Positions 13,691-24,673 of a DNA stretch of 64,000 nt are shown piece after piece; the stretch's first letter is position 1; each line of letters begins with the position of its first letter. Under the pieces are notes generated by a model. It saw nothing but the letters and a program-made list of their open reading frames with translations. It was not told where the DNA came from and did no database searches. Source of the stretch: Hamiltosporidium tvaerminnensis FI-OER-3-3 (Eukaryota > Fungi > Microsporidia). Location: positions 62,001 through 126,000 of the forward strand of contig JAKIMF020000007.1 in NCBI GenBank assembly GCA_022605425.2, read 5' to 3'. The position numbers were made by a program, and so were the translations under genes.

Positions 13691-14787
13691 GCCGGGATTT
13701 TAAAAGAACATATAATAAAAAAAAATAAAACAGCTAATTATAGAGAAAAATTATTTCTAAATTTATAAAATACGTTTATACTATCAAATTACAAAATCTA
13801 AGCCCTTTTTCTCTATTTTTTTACATAACTCCATGTATAATTTTCATGTTTAAATAAATTTAATACTATTTTCAAGATCTTTCAGACCAATCTTAAATAG
13901 TTAGTTTCGAACTTTATGAATATGTTCTTCTCTAATATAAAACTATAATTTTTATGATTTTTCAAAATCTTTTTGATTTTGATTTTATTAGAAAATGTGC
14001 ATTACTATTATCAAGAACTCATATTCTATATCAAATTAGGGGAAATGGAAATTTTAGGGACGATTTGAACGGTTTATCTATTGAAAAAAAAATTAAGAAA
14101 CTAATGAGTAAAATGCGGATCTATTATTACAAATTACAGAAGAATATGAAGTTATTTAGGTTTTTATTTTTGATATTCATTCACTAATAATTTCTGAAAA
14201 AATGTTCTTTAATACTCGAGGCAGACTTCATCGGATACCAATTAGGGATCTAGAAAGCATAGCGACTAAAACATCTTCTAAATTTTGCAAAATGAAATAG
14301 AAACGTTTGATGATTAAAATTACAAAAGTACGAAGTTTTCATTTCAAATTTTTAATGTTAGACAAAATCCGATCAACACATTCAAAAAAGAGTCGGATAT
14401 GAAAAATGATAGGAATGAAGCGATAAAAAGGTGTGTTATATATAAAAACTAATATAAATTAATCTGGTGTATCTAAACCTCTATTCCTTACTTAGTTATC
14501 TAATTCTTTTAAGTACTATTTGACTAATTTAGAAATTGAATAATAAGTAGATAATTAAGTTAGCTTTAAATCAGAGAAGGCCTGCACATAATTTAAATTT
14601 CCCAAAACCGTTATTCACATCCTAGAATATTTTTATAAAATAATTTTATACGATAAATAAGAATGAAAGCGATGACCTTTAATTTTTAAATACAACATTG
14701 ATATTTGATTGGATTAGGAAAAAAAAACTAGTTAGAAGAAGTTATAATAATAATTTATCAAAAAACAAAAAAATAATTTAATTTATT

Positions 14788-15387
14788 TCATTTGGGACTA
14801 TTAATTTCCGGTTTATATTGTTTTTTATAATCTTGAAGACACAAGAAAATTATTCCTGTTTTTAAAAAGAGTACGAAAAATATATCAAGAATAAACAAAT
14901 AAATCCTTTTTTTGTTTGGATTATTAAAAGGCAATAAGATTACTTTTGGTATTAGAATACTTAGGACGATGAAGACCAAGCCGATTGATAGTTCTACTAG
15001 ATTATTCAAAACTGTAATAATTACAACAATACTACAAAACCATAACATCATGTATATGAATGAATCTATGAAAACGTTTTCTTGTAAATTATGTAGAAAA
15101 TTGGTCGGTGAGTATTTATGATAGTTTGTTGCGATCATGGCTTTTAATGTAGTAAAATTTGTTTCATTTTTTGCTTCATCTTGACTTTCCGTAGTTGCCA
15201 TAGTATTTACTATGCTACTTTCAGCTGGCCTATTTGTTGATAACATACCTAATTCTATTATATCATGATATATTCCTATATCTGATGATTCTTGTGTTCT
15301 CTGTTCTGGCATATTCAATAATGTTACGACATTACCAGCAGTTTCACATATATCGACCACATTGGTTTGTTCTATTTCTACGTTCAT
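14788..15387 (-). CDS. Hypothetical membrane protein (about 3 C-terminal TM segments)
   Basis: 199-aa ORF, acidic N-terminus, hydrophobic C-terminal stretches; tcccaaatttagaaATG start context. Confidence 0.7.
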   Translation of the reverse strand: MNVEIEQTNVVDICETAGNVVTLLNMPEQRTQESSDIGIYHDIIELGMLSTNRPAESSIVNTMATTESQDEAKNETNFTTLKAMIATNYHKYSPTNFLHNLQENVFIDSFIYMMLWFCSIVVIITVLNNLVELSIGLVFIVLSILIPKVILLPFNNPNKKRIYLFILDIFFVLFLKTGIIFLCLQDYKKQYKPEINSPK

Positions 15388-16378
15388 TTCTAAATTTGGG
15401 AGTTTTTATTATTATTTTTTTCTTTTAAATTAGATTTAAATAGATATTTCTCACATTGTAAGATTTAAATTTTAGTTTCTAAAAGCTTTATTTTATTTTA
15501 ATACTACATATATGTCAAAGCGGTGTTATACTATGTACGTCTGGCACTCGTTTTATTTATCCACCAATTTATATTCAAAAAAATTCTTTTAATTCAAATT
15601 TAACAACATTTACTCCAATAAAAAATATAAAATTTCGTATTCGCAAATTGGAATAATTTTTTGTGATTTTTATTCAATTTTGGGTAAATTTTTACTTTTT
15701 TTGGTAAATTCCTTTTTTTAAAATATCAAAAAAAATGTAGATTACAATTTATTTTATAATTTACATTGAATACGATAATTTAATAAAGTGATTCTTTTTG
15801 TCTCAATAAATTTATTTTGCAAGCTAATAAATCTTAAAAAGTTATAAAAATTTTATTTTTTTTAAAAAAAATTTGTTTTGAAATTACGGTAACTAAATAC
15901 AAAATTAAAGATTTCTTTCTAACGGATAAATCTCATTAGTTATTTACTTTTTGGTTTTTAGGATATATTTACGTTACAAAGAGGATAAATAAATTTAATA
16001 CTTTTAAACTCTTTATTTATAAAAGGAAGTAAATTCTATAAATATAATAATAGGTTTGAAAAGAAAATTATTTAAATACTTTTTTCTTTAATTATGCTCT
16101 TAAAAGTACTTATTTATATGTTTATAAATGTGTCAAAGAAATTATTCAAATAAAACCGAGAAAGAGGTTCAAGATATCAAGGAAAAATTAATGAACTTTG
16201 CTTGATTTTTAATGCATTTATAGAACAGATTTTTATTTCTATTGGTTATATCTTTTATTGGAATTACATGCTTAATTCTAGATCAATATTTTATAGATTT
16301 TTTTAAATTTTTGTTTTGATCGAAATTGAAAATATTTGTGGTAAATAATCAGAACTAATCTATTTTCTGTGACAAATA

Positions 16379-16707
16379 AGATTTTTATTTAATAAAATTC
16401 TGGGTTAAAATATTTTTAACGTTTTTATATGTTTTCTTCTACCTCTTTAACCACTATTTTCTCTTCTTCCAAATCCGACTCTTCATTTATGTTATTGGTC
16501 GGTTCCTCTAAAGTGGTTCCTCCTTGTGAAATAAGGGGTGTATTATTTTTTGGTTTTAAAATTTTAACACCATCTTCCTCTCTTTTCGCTTCTTTTAAAG
16601 GGGGTATTGGTTCCTCATGCATCTCTGATCTCATAATAACACCCATTGATGCTCTCTCCCAGCTCTCTTCGGCATTTAGTCCTGACTCAAGTCCTCTTCG
16701 TCGATCA
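16379..16707 (-). mobile_element. 5'-truncated non-LTR retrotransposon insertion flanked by a 14-bp TSD
   Basis: TTCTGTGACAAATA occurs directly repeated at 16365-16378 and 16708-16721. The insert is an ATG-less open ORF tail (DRRRGLESGLNAEESWERASMGVIMR...VKEVEENI*) plus a ~45-nt 3' UTR. The peptide is recalled, unverified, as the C-terminal tail of microsporidian RLE-type RT proteins. Confidence 0.75.
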
Positions 16708-17259
16708 TTCTGTGACAAATATAAGTATATAGTTGTATTATTACTATGGTATTGTCACATAATTTAAAAAATCTCAGAGATTTCTTATTTCTTGTTTATC
16801 ATATTATTTTGGTAAGAATAAGATACTTATTATGTTTTGTTGTTTGAGTCTTATTATATTATCAATGTGAAAAGTTACTCCAAATAATTTAATATTTAAA
16901 TCTGCTGGGTCACGATTAATATCATTTTACAAAAAAATTTGAGGTCTTGGTGTTGTTTTTTTTCTGTTACTATTAAAAATCTGGATGTTACTGAGTGGAA
17001 GTTAAAAAACAAAATTTGAATAATTGTTAGACAAATGCTTAATATTAAGATAATTTTTATATTTAAAGTAGTTCTAGAAATAAAATTAAGCAATAAATAA
17101 TTCAGATAAATAATACTCTATAGGTATTTGTCAATACTGTTCATGTTATTTATATATAACTTAATTATTGAAAAGGAAATTTGTTTCAATGATTTATTTT
17201 TAGAAAATACGTTGATTTTTCAATATTTTTAAAGAGAAAAAAATTTAGAGTCTTTACTT

Positions 17260-18264
17260 TTATTTATTAAGCAATGTTTTAATGGCAGATACTACCTTTT
17301 CTACGGTTGGGAAAGACATTTTTTCTAAGTTTTCGGCGTAAGGTGTTGGTATATCTTCTCCATTTATTCTTAAAACGGGTGATTTGAGAACATGGAAACA
17401 TTTTTCATTTATCTGTGCAGATATTTCTGATGCTGTACTAAAGGATGGCCATGTGTAGTCTACAACACAAAGATATCTTGTTTTGGTAACTGATTTGATA
17501 AGTGTTTCTATATCTATTGGTCGTATAGATATAAGATTAATTAATTCACATGATATTCCTTCTTCTTTAAGTATTTGAGATGCTTCCTGACATATCAGCA
17601 TAGATATAGATATTCCGATAAGTGTAATATCAGATCCTTGAATTTCAATCACTGCTTTATCTAACGGCTGTAGGTATTCGGGGTTTTCAAAGGATTCACA
17701 TCTATCGAAATCATAATTATAAAGTATTTCATTTTCCAAAAATACGACAGGATTTTCGTCTCTAATAGCTGATTTTAATAAACCCCGGTGATCTTTAGCT
17801 GTATATGGTGCTACCACTTTTAAACCAGGCACTGAGCCATAATAATTACAAAAATCTTGTGTGTGTTGAGCGCCAACACCATAAGCAAAACCATTTGGTC
17901 CTCTAAAAACTATCGGCGATTTTATTCTACCTCCAGACATATACAATGTTTTTGCAGCCGAATTTATAATTTGATCAATAGCCTGTAAAGCAAAATTCAT
18001 AGTCATAAAATCTACCACCGGTCTCAAACCACCCCAACAAGACCCTATAGCCAACCCTGTAAACCCCATTTCACTTATAGGGGCATCTAATACACGATGA
18101 CACCCATATTTAACCTGTAAATCTCTAGTAACTTTATATGCTCCACCCATTATCCCCACCTCTTCCCCAATTACATAAACCCTTTCATCTCTATCCATTT
18201 CTTCATCCAATGCTATATTCAAAGCATCTCGTATCGATATTTTCTTTTTTTCTTTTATTTCCAT
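17260..18264 (-). CDS. PDHB: Pyruvate dehydrogenase E1 component beta subunit
   Basis: ISIRDALNIALDEEM..D..V..IGEEVG..GGAYKVT, DAPISEMGFTG, FRGPNG..GVGAQH, DENPVVFLENE, PTPYA motifs. Confidence 0.97.
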   Translation of the reverse strand: MEIKEKKKISIRDALNIALDEEMDRDERVYVIGEEVGIMGGAYKVTRDLQVKYGCHRVLDAPISEMGFTGLAIGSCWGGLRPVVDFMTMNFALQAIDQIINSAAKTLYMSGGRIKSPIVFRGPNGFAYGVGAQHTQDFCNYYGSVPGLKVVAPYTAKDHRGLLKSAIRDENPVVFLENEILYNYDFDRCESFENPEYLQPLDKAVIEIQGSDITLIGISISMLICQEASQILKEEGISCELINLISIRPIDIETLIKSVTKTRYLCVVDYTWPSFSTASEISAQINEKCFHVLKSPVLRINGEDIPTPYAENLEKMSFPTVEKVVSAIKTLLNK

Positions 18265-18467
18265 TTAAGGGTTACCTTTATTTGTTTTAATTAATTTTCC
18301 CTCCTTTTTTTTAATTTAGATTGCAATATAATCATAAATTTAAATTAATTTACACATAAACGTAAAAATAAACATTCAATATTTTTATTTTAAGTTCTTA
18401 TTCTAAATTGATTTTAATTTAAGTCTGTACAAATATAAAAACTTAAAATTTATAAAAAGTATTTTCA

Positions 18468-18640
18468 AGTTTACAATAATTTATAGTTTACAATAGAATT
18501 TCTAATCTATAGCAACAATTTATGGTTTATAATCTACAATAATTCGTAGTTTACAATAGAATTTCTAATCTATAGTAACATTTATGGTTTATAATTTACA
18601 ATAATTTATAGTTTCCAATGGAATTTTAAATTATAGTGGT
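18468..18640. repeat. Minisatellite, ~62-bp unit, about 3 copies
   Basis: Repeated tacaataatttatagtttacaatagaatttctaatctatag..tttatggtttataat. Confidence 0.75.
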
Positions 18641-18894
18641 AATTAGTAAACTATATATTGCTATTATGAATAGAAATTCTATTGTAAATCATTTCTACTC
18701 TAAACTTTACAAAAATAATTTAAAATCTAAGATAGAATTTCTAATTTATAATAGCAATTTTAAAATATGTCTCACTTTTAACATTTTTAAGCATTTTATA
18801 AACTAATACATCACTACAATAAAAAATGTAAATCTAATAAAAAAATAAACTCTATTCTATTAAATCCTCAAGAGAATTAAAAGTAATTTTTTAT

Positions 18895-19956
18895 TTACAT
18901 CAGAATTCTATCAAATAAATTCTCATTAATTCTTTTAAACGGTAAAACCATACATTTTATGACAGAAAAACAATCATCCACAACAACTTTATGTCCTAAA
19001 ACAGTACATTCTTCTATTCTACACCATTTACCAATATCACATTCCCAACTTATAATACTATTGTTTATAAAACATCCATCACCAATTACGCATCCATCAA
19101 ATATTGTAGAATTTTGTATACAGACATAATTACCTATCGTTACATTATTTCCAATTACTACATTTGGTCCAATTTTACATCCTTCACCTATTTTACAACT
19201 TTCATTCATAATTGTATTTTCTGGTATTTTCAAATACTTCAAATACAAAGACTGTCCTATTAGATAGTCTTTTGGTTGTCCTATATCCATCCAAAATCCT
19301 TTTAATTCGTAACAATTTAATTTCCTTTCATTTGCCATTTTTGGAAAAATTTCTTTTTCCATTGAAATATTTTTAATTTCTAATCTTTGTAATACCGACA
19401 CATCAAAAATATAAATTCCTGCATTTATTCTGTTTCCAAAATATTCTTCAGGTTTTTCTTTAAAAGAATCTATTAGAGAAGTATTTTCTACCGTTGTAAT
19501 TACACCGTACTTTTTAGGATTTTCTACAACCGTTGTAAGAATAGTTCCTTCACATTTACTTTCTAAATGATTTTTCATCATTTCTATCAAAGGAAATTCA
19601 CAAATTATGTCAGAATTTAAAACATAAAAAACTCTACAATCCTGTAAATATTTACTTGCCAGCGATACAGGACCTGCAGTTCCCAATGCTGTATTTTCCA
19701 ATGAAAAATGTATTTTTACACCAAACTGTTTGGTATACGTTCTTACTTCTTGTATTATAGCTTCATATTCAAAATTCATAGCCAATATAATTTCTTTTAC
19801 TCCACTTTTTTTCAATGCCTGTATCTGGTGCTGAATAATTGGTTTGTTAGCAAAAGGCACTAAAGGTTTTGGAGTGGTTAGTGTTAAAGGACGTAGTCTT
19901 GTTCCATACCCACCTACAAGTATTAAAGCCTTTATATTTTCTGTTCTTATTGCCAT
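18895..19956 (-). CDS. MPG1: Mannose-1-phosphate guanylyltransferase (GDP-mannose pyrophosphorylase)
   Basis: KALILVGGYGTRLRPLTLTTPKPLVPFANKP, LGTAGP, INAGIY, GFWMDIGQPKDYL, C-terminal left-handed beta-helix repeats. Confidence 0.97.
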   Translation of the reverse strand: MAIRTENIKALILVGGYGTRLRPLTLTTPKPLVPFANKPIIQHQIQALKKSGVKEIILAMNFEYEAIIQEVRTYTKQFGVKIHFSLENTALGTAGPVSLASKYLQDCRVFYVLNSDIICEFPLIEMMKNHLESKCEGTILTTVVENPKKYGVITTVENTSLIDSFKEKPEEYFGNRINAGIYIFDVSVLQRLEIKNISMEKEIFPKMANERKLNCYELKGFWMDIGQPKDYLIGQSLYLKYLKIPENTIMNESCKIGEGCKIGPNVVIGNNVTIGNYVCIQNSTIFDGCVIGDGCFINNSIISWECDIGKWCRIEECTVLGHKVVVDDCFSVIKCMVLPFKRINENLFDRILM

Positions 19957-20239
19957 TTTTGTTTATTTATTTTGGGTTTTTTTTAATTTTTAATTTTTTT
20001 TAAAATTTTTTCAAAATTTTTTACTTTCAAAATCAAAAATAGTAAATTAATAAATGAAAAAAAATTTGTTTAAAAATTAAGTTTTTTATTATAATTTTGA
20101 AATATGATACCTTCAATTATTAAAGGGTATAAATATAAAATTAAGTTGTACCAGTTCTATAGTATAGGAAAGTATAAAATAGAGATTTAATATTAGTCTT
20201 AGAATAAATACCAAAGAATATTTGTAGGAAGAAGAGTAC

Positions 20240-20875
20240 CAATAATACAAAGATATGTAAACTGAATAAACAATGCTTTAATATTTCTCTTCTTATAAAA
20301 TATAATAATAAAATAATACAAAGATTTATAAACTGAATTAACAATAATTTAATATATTCTCTTCTTAGAATTATTTACCAATAATACAAAGATTTATAAA
20401 TTTAATTAACAATAATTTAATATATTATATTCTTATAAAATATAATAATAAAATAATACAAAGATTTATAAACTTAATAAACAATAATTTAATATATTAT
20501 ATTCTTATAAAATATAATAATAAAATAATACAAAGATTTATAAACTGAATTAACAATAATTTAATATATTCTCTTCATTGAAAAATACAATAATACAATA
20601 ATACAAAGATTTATAAACTGAATAAACAATGCTTTAATATATTCTCTTCTTATAAAATACAATAATACAATAATACAAAGATATGTAAACTGAATTAACA
20701 ATAATTTAATATATTATATTCTTATAAAATATAATAATACAATAATACAAAGATTTATAAACTTAATTAACAATAATTTGATTTATTATTTTCATTGAAA
20801 AATATAATAATAAAATAATAAAAAGATTTATAAACTTAATAAACAATGCTTTAATATATTCTCTTCTTATAATTA
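20240..20875. repeat. Minisatellite, ~72-bp unit, about 9 copies
   Basis: aataatacaaagatttataaac..aa.aacaat..tttaatatatt..ttcttataaaata recurs at about 20241, 20312, 20380, 20452, 20524, 20598, 20669, 20741 and 20814. Confidence 0.9.
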
Positions 20876-20886
20876 ATACAATTTAA

Positions 20887-22155
20887 TTAATCTTTCACTT
20901 TAAATATATTTTTTTTAGAAATTCTATCAATATTAAACTTTTTATAAATCTCTTCAGATAAACAAACATCCAAACAAAGAACACTACCATCAAAATTTTT
21001 ATATTTTTCTGGTACACTTCCATAACAAACACAACATTTTCTTTTAGAATTAAAATCATCTTTTTTACTTGGAATATTTAAATATAAAATATCTTTAAAT
21101 ACCGTTTTTTTTATTATAAAATGATTTGTATCATCAAAAGTAAAATCTTCTCCTGCAATTATTAATAGATCTGTTGTTATATCAATATTACTTACAATTC
21201 TACCTAAAGAATTTATAAAAAAATATTTATAAATTTCAGTTTTTATTGAAATATTTTCTTTAGAAGCAAATTTTACTTGAGAATCTATATTATGAAGAGG
21301 AAGTATTTTTGCAAGATTTAAAGCTATTCTAGAATATATAGAGTCTTTACCAATTAAAATACTTACTTTTCCTTCTTTTACAGATTTAAAAGAAGTAAGT
21401 AAAATTATTTTTAAAATATTTTGTGTAGCAATAGAAATGAAACCATCTTCAGGTGGTCCATAGAAATTGAAAATAGAATTTAAAAATTCTTCATAACGAA
21501 TATCTGATAAATAATAGATTTCTTTATTTTCTTTATTTTCCTGTTTTTCTTTATTTTCATATTTTGAGATTTCTGGTTTTTCATATTTTGAGATTTCTGG
21601 TTTTTCATATTTTGAGATTTCTGGTTTTTCATATTTCTCCTGTTTTTCATGTTTCTCCTGTTTTTCCTGTTTTTTAGGTGATTTTGATTTTATTAAATTT
21701 TCTAATTCAGTTGGTGTTCTTTTATTATTAAATGTAGATAAACCAGCCTTTAAACTTCTTCTGTTTCTATTGTCTTTATTTATATACTCTTTGTTCGGAT
21801 TTTCATTTCTATTATTTTTATTATCTTTACTTATATTTTCATTTCTATTTTCTTTATTACTAGTATCTGTCTTAATATCTATCCCTTCCTTCTTTATATC
21901 TATTCCTTCCTTCTTACTTTCTATCCCTTCCTTCTTACATTCTATTTCCTTGGTTGTGTTCTTATTTTTTAAATTCTCTATTTCTTCTTTATGTATCATG
22001 ATCTTAGTAAGACTTAATGTATTCAGTGATAAGGTAGTATTATCTTCTTTTTGAATAACAAATTTTCCCTCTTTTTTTGATATTTCAATAAGGATGCCTA
22101 TAAGTGTTGAATCTTTAGTTTCAAATATTAATTTCTTACCGATGTATTTTTCCAT
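20887..22155 (-). CDS. EDC3: Edc3-like enhancer of mRNA decapping (N-terminal Lsm-like domain, low-complexity linker, C-terminal YjeF_N-like domain)
   Basis: MEKYIGKKLIFETKDSTLIGIL resembles an Lsm fold; C-terminal VSILIGKDSIYSRIALNLAKIL resembles YjeF_N; ccccATG start context. Confidence 0.6.
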   Translation of the reverse strand: MEKYIGKKLIFETKDSTLIGILIEISKKEGKFVIQKEDNTTLSLNTLSLTKIMIHKEEIENLKNKNTTKEIECKKEGIESKKEGIDIKKEGIDIKTDTSNKENRNENISKDNKNNRNENPNKEYINKDNRNRRSLKAGLSTFNNKRTPTELENLIKSKSPKKQEKQEKHEKQEKYEKPEISKYEKPEISKYEKPEISKYENKEKQENKENKEIYYLSDIRYEEFLNSIFNFYGPPEDGFISIATQNILKIILLTSFKSVKEGKVSILIGKDSIYSRIALNLAKILPLHNIDSQVKFASKENISIKTEIYKYFFINSLGRIVSNIDITTDLLIIAGEDFTFDDTNHFIIKKTVFKDILYLNIPSKKDDFNSKRKCCVCYGSVPEKYKNFDGSVLCLDVCLSEEIYKKFNIDRISKKNIFKVKD

Positions 22156-22219
22156 GGGGAATACAAAAAAAAAGAAGAAAAAAAAATAAAATTTTAAATA
22201 AAATATTTGTGTGGAGAGA

Positions 22220-22330
22220 TGGGTGAGTAGGGATATGTAGTAGAATGAAGTATGGATTGGGTGAGTAGGGATATGTAGTAGAATGATGTAGGGATTTGGA
22301 GTAGGGATATGTAGTAGAATGAAGAAGGGT
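22220..22330. repeat. Purine-rich tandem repeat, ~38-bp unit x3, upstream of the EDC3-like gene
   Basis: gagtagggatatgtagtagaatga occurs three times. Confidence 0.85.
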
Positions 22331-22790
22331 GGTTAATATAATATTTCAGCGTATAAATTTAAAACAGAGTGAATTATTCTTTAAAGAAATATTTAAGGTA
22401 AAAATTTTTATTTTTTGAAATTTTAAAATTAGAATGAATGTAAGAGTTAGAAATATTTAATAGAATTCTGGGTTAAAAATTTTCTAATTTTTAAATATTT
22501 TTTTCTATTATGAATGTAAGAATTAAAGATTATTTATTTTAATTTCTTAAAGCTTAGTTTTATTTACTTAAAAATTATACACAATCTAATGATTTATAAT
22601 AATTTTTTTAGAGAAAATTTTATTAAATTTATAATAATTTTTTTAAAAATATAATCTTTGTTTAGAGATATTACTTGTGACTAAAATAATTTTATTTAAA
22701 GAAATAATTAATTTCAATTTCTACTTAAAATTTTTAAACAGAATTATGAATTCTAATTATTTTATAAAAAAGAAAAAATTTTAAAAAAGC

Positions 22791-22984
22791 CTCAAATTTT
22801 AATTAAAATTTATAAACATTTTCAGAATAAAATTCTAATTCCTTAAGAAAAGTAAAAAAACTCAAATTTTAATTAAAATTTATAAACATTTTCAGAATAA
22901 AATTCTAATTCCTTAAGAAAAGTAAAAAAACTCAAATTTTAATTAAAATTTATAAACATTTTCAGAATAAAATTCTAATTCCTT
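22791..22984. repeat. 70-bp tandem repeat (2.8 copies) containing the last codons and stop of the cytochrome b5 reductase gene
   Basis: Identical units start at 22791, 22861 and 22931; the third overlaps the CDS end at 22943. Confidence 0.92.
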
Positions 22985-23668
22985 TAACATTCCTTCTACA
23001 CATCCTTGTGAATTATTTTCACCTTTACTTCCACATACATCTTTAATCATAGGTGGTGGTCCACACACATAACAAAAGTCAAAATTAGAATATTTTTTAA
23101 TAATATTTATATTAATTCTACCTTTTATATGTTTACTTTCTGTTTCTTTATTTTCTAAAACATGTATTACATTGCATCTGTTAGATTTTTCATATTCAAT
23201 TAATTTATTATTTAAAAATATATCTTTTTCAGATAAATTACAAAATATTAAATTAAATATTGTTTTATCTTCTAAACTATTTAATGAATATTCTAATATT
23301 TGTAACATTGGTGTTATTCCTGTTCCACCTGCTATCATTAAAATATTTTTAAATTCGTTTATATTATACTTTCTTTTAGGTATTGGTTTACTTAATTTGA
23401 TTTTTTCATTTATTTTTTTTGAGTTTAAATATTTTGAAATATTTCCTTTTTCATAGATTTTAATTGCGAAAGATAAAGAATTTGGGGTATTTTGTATTGG
23501 TGTGTATGGTCTTTTTATAGAGTAATCATCGTTATAAATGTAGAAGAAGTGACTTACTGGTGTTTTTTGTGGTTCAGGTATGTTTTCTTTTTTTACGGTT
23601 ATAAATATTGTATTGTGGTTTAAATTATATTTTTCTATGATTTGATAAGAATCTAAATAATTTTCCAT
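22943..23668 (-). CDS. CBR1: NADH-cytochrome b5 reductase family protein (no N-terminal membrane anchor)
   Basis: RPYTP, IKIYEKGNISKYL, MIAGGTGITPMLQ, YVCGPPPM, and ..L..L.F....VYKF C-terminus. Confidence 0.92.
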   Translation of the reverse strand: MENYLDSYQIIEKYNLNHNTIFITVKKENIPEPQKTPVSHFFYIYNDDYSIKRPYTPIQNTPNSLSFAIKIYEKGNISKYLNSKKINEKIKLSKPIPKRKYNINEFKNILMIAGGTGITPMLQILEYSLNSLEDKTIFNLIFCNLSEKDIFLNNKLIEYEKSNRCNVIHVLENKETESKHIKGRININIIKKYSNFDFCYVCGPPPMIKDVCGSKGENNSQGCVEGMLKELEFYSENVYKF

Positions 23669-24673
23669 TTGAGAAAGGGGTGGTGAATATTTTTTTTAAT
23701 GAAGGATTGATTTCTTAAATGGGTAAATTATAAATTTAATAAAATATTTTACTTGAGTCAGATTGAGCTATATAATGATTTAGAAAAGAATTTAATATTG
23801 AGAGAATCAAATAATATAAGTTGAAATAAAAGTATAAATTCTTTACTTAGAAAACAACTACTCTCGAATTTATACGATTATTGTTCGAACTAAGTACACA
23901 TATTTTGTATTTAAAGAGAAATTTCTTTAGAAGAATCAGAGAGTATTGTTCAAAATATTAAAAAATTTTGTATTAAAAAAAATCTTTATCTCTGATAAAT
24001 CAGGGAGTATTATTCAAATTTAATACATATTTTTATAGTATAAAATACACTTTTCGGTATTTATTATGGAAATCATAACTTGAATAAACAATCCAAGTTT
24101 ATTAAATACTTAGATATAATGATTTCTTAAGCTATTATATCAATTTATTCAATAAGAAACATTATGAAATAAAATAATTGAGCAGTATAATTGATAAGTT
24201 TTAATATCTTCTAGATTAATCGATAATATAATGAATTTTAATTTGGTTACAAATTGAGAAAAAACGTTGGATATGAATTTAAAAAAGAATTCTGGAAACT
24301 TCATATCTATTCTGAAACATATGTCAGTGATTAAGAGTTTTTCTAGAATTGTTAAATAAATAAGTCATATTTAAACAAATACCAAATGAATCATCTAATA
24401 TTCAAATATTGGTTTTTTATATAAACTATTAATTCTAATAATTAATTAAAAAAATTTTGATAAAAATATGTAAATTTCGATTCGTTCTTGAGCAGTTCTT
24501 TTGTAATTGAGAAATAAATTAAATTTCAGATTTATAAAACTAGGCTAATAAAAGGAGTTATTTTAAAACTTTAGATAAATGATGATTGGCCAGTGCAATC
24601 AAACAAATTTTCGATTGGTTTTATAATAAAATATTCAAGATTGGGAAAAAAGAAACTCCTCGTTGAAAAGCGT

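Noticed and set aside
20240-20875. CRISPR-like array
   Set aside because: Whole units repeat with no unique spacers, the context is eukaryotic, and there are no cas genes.
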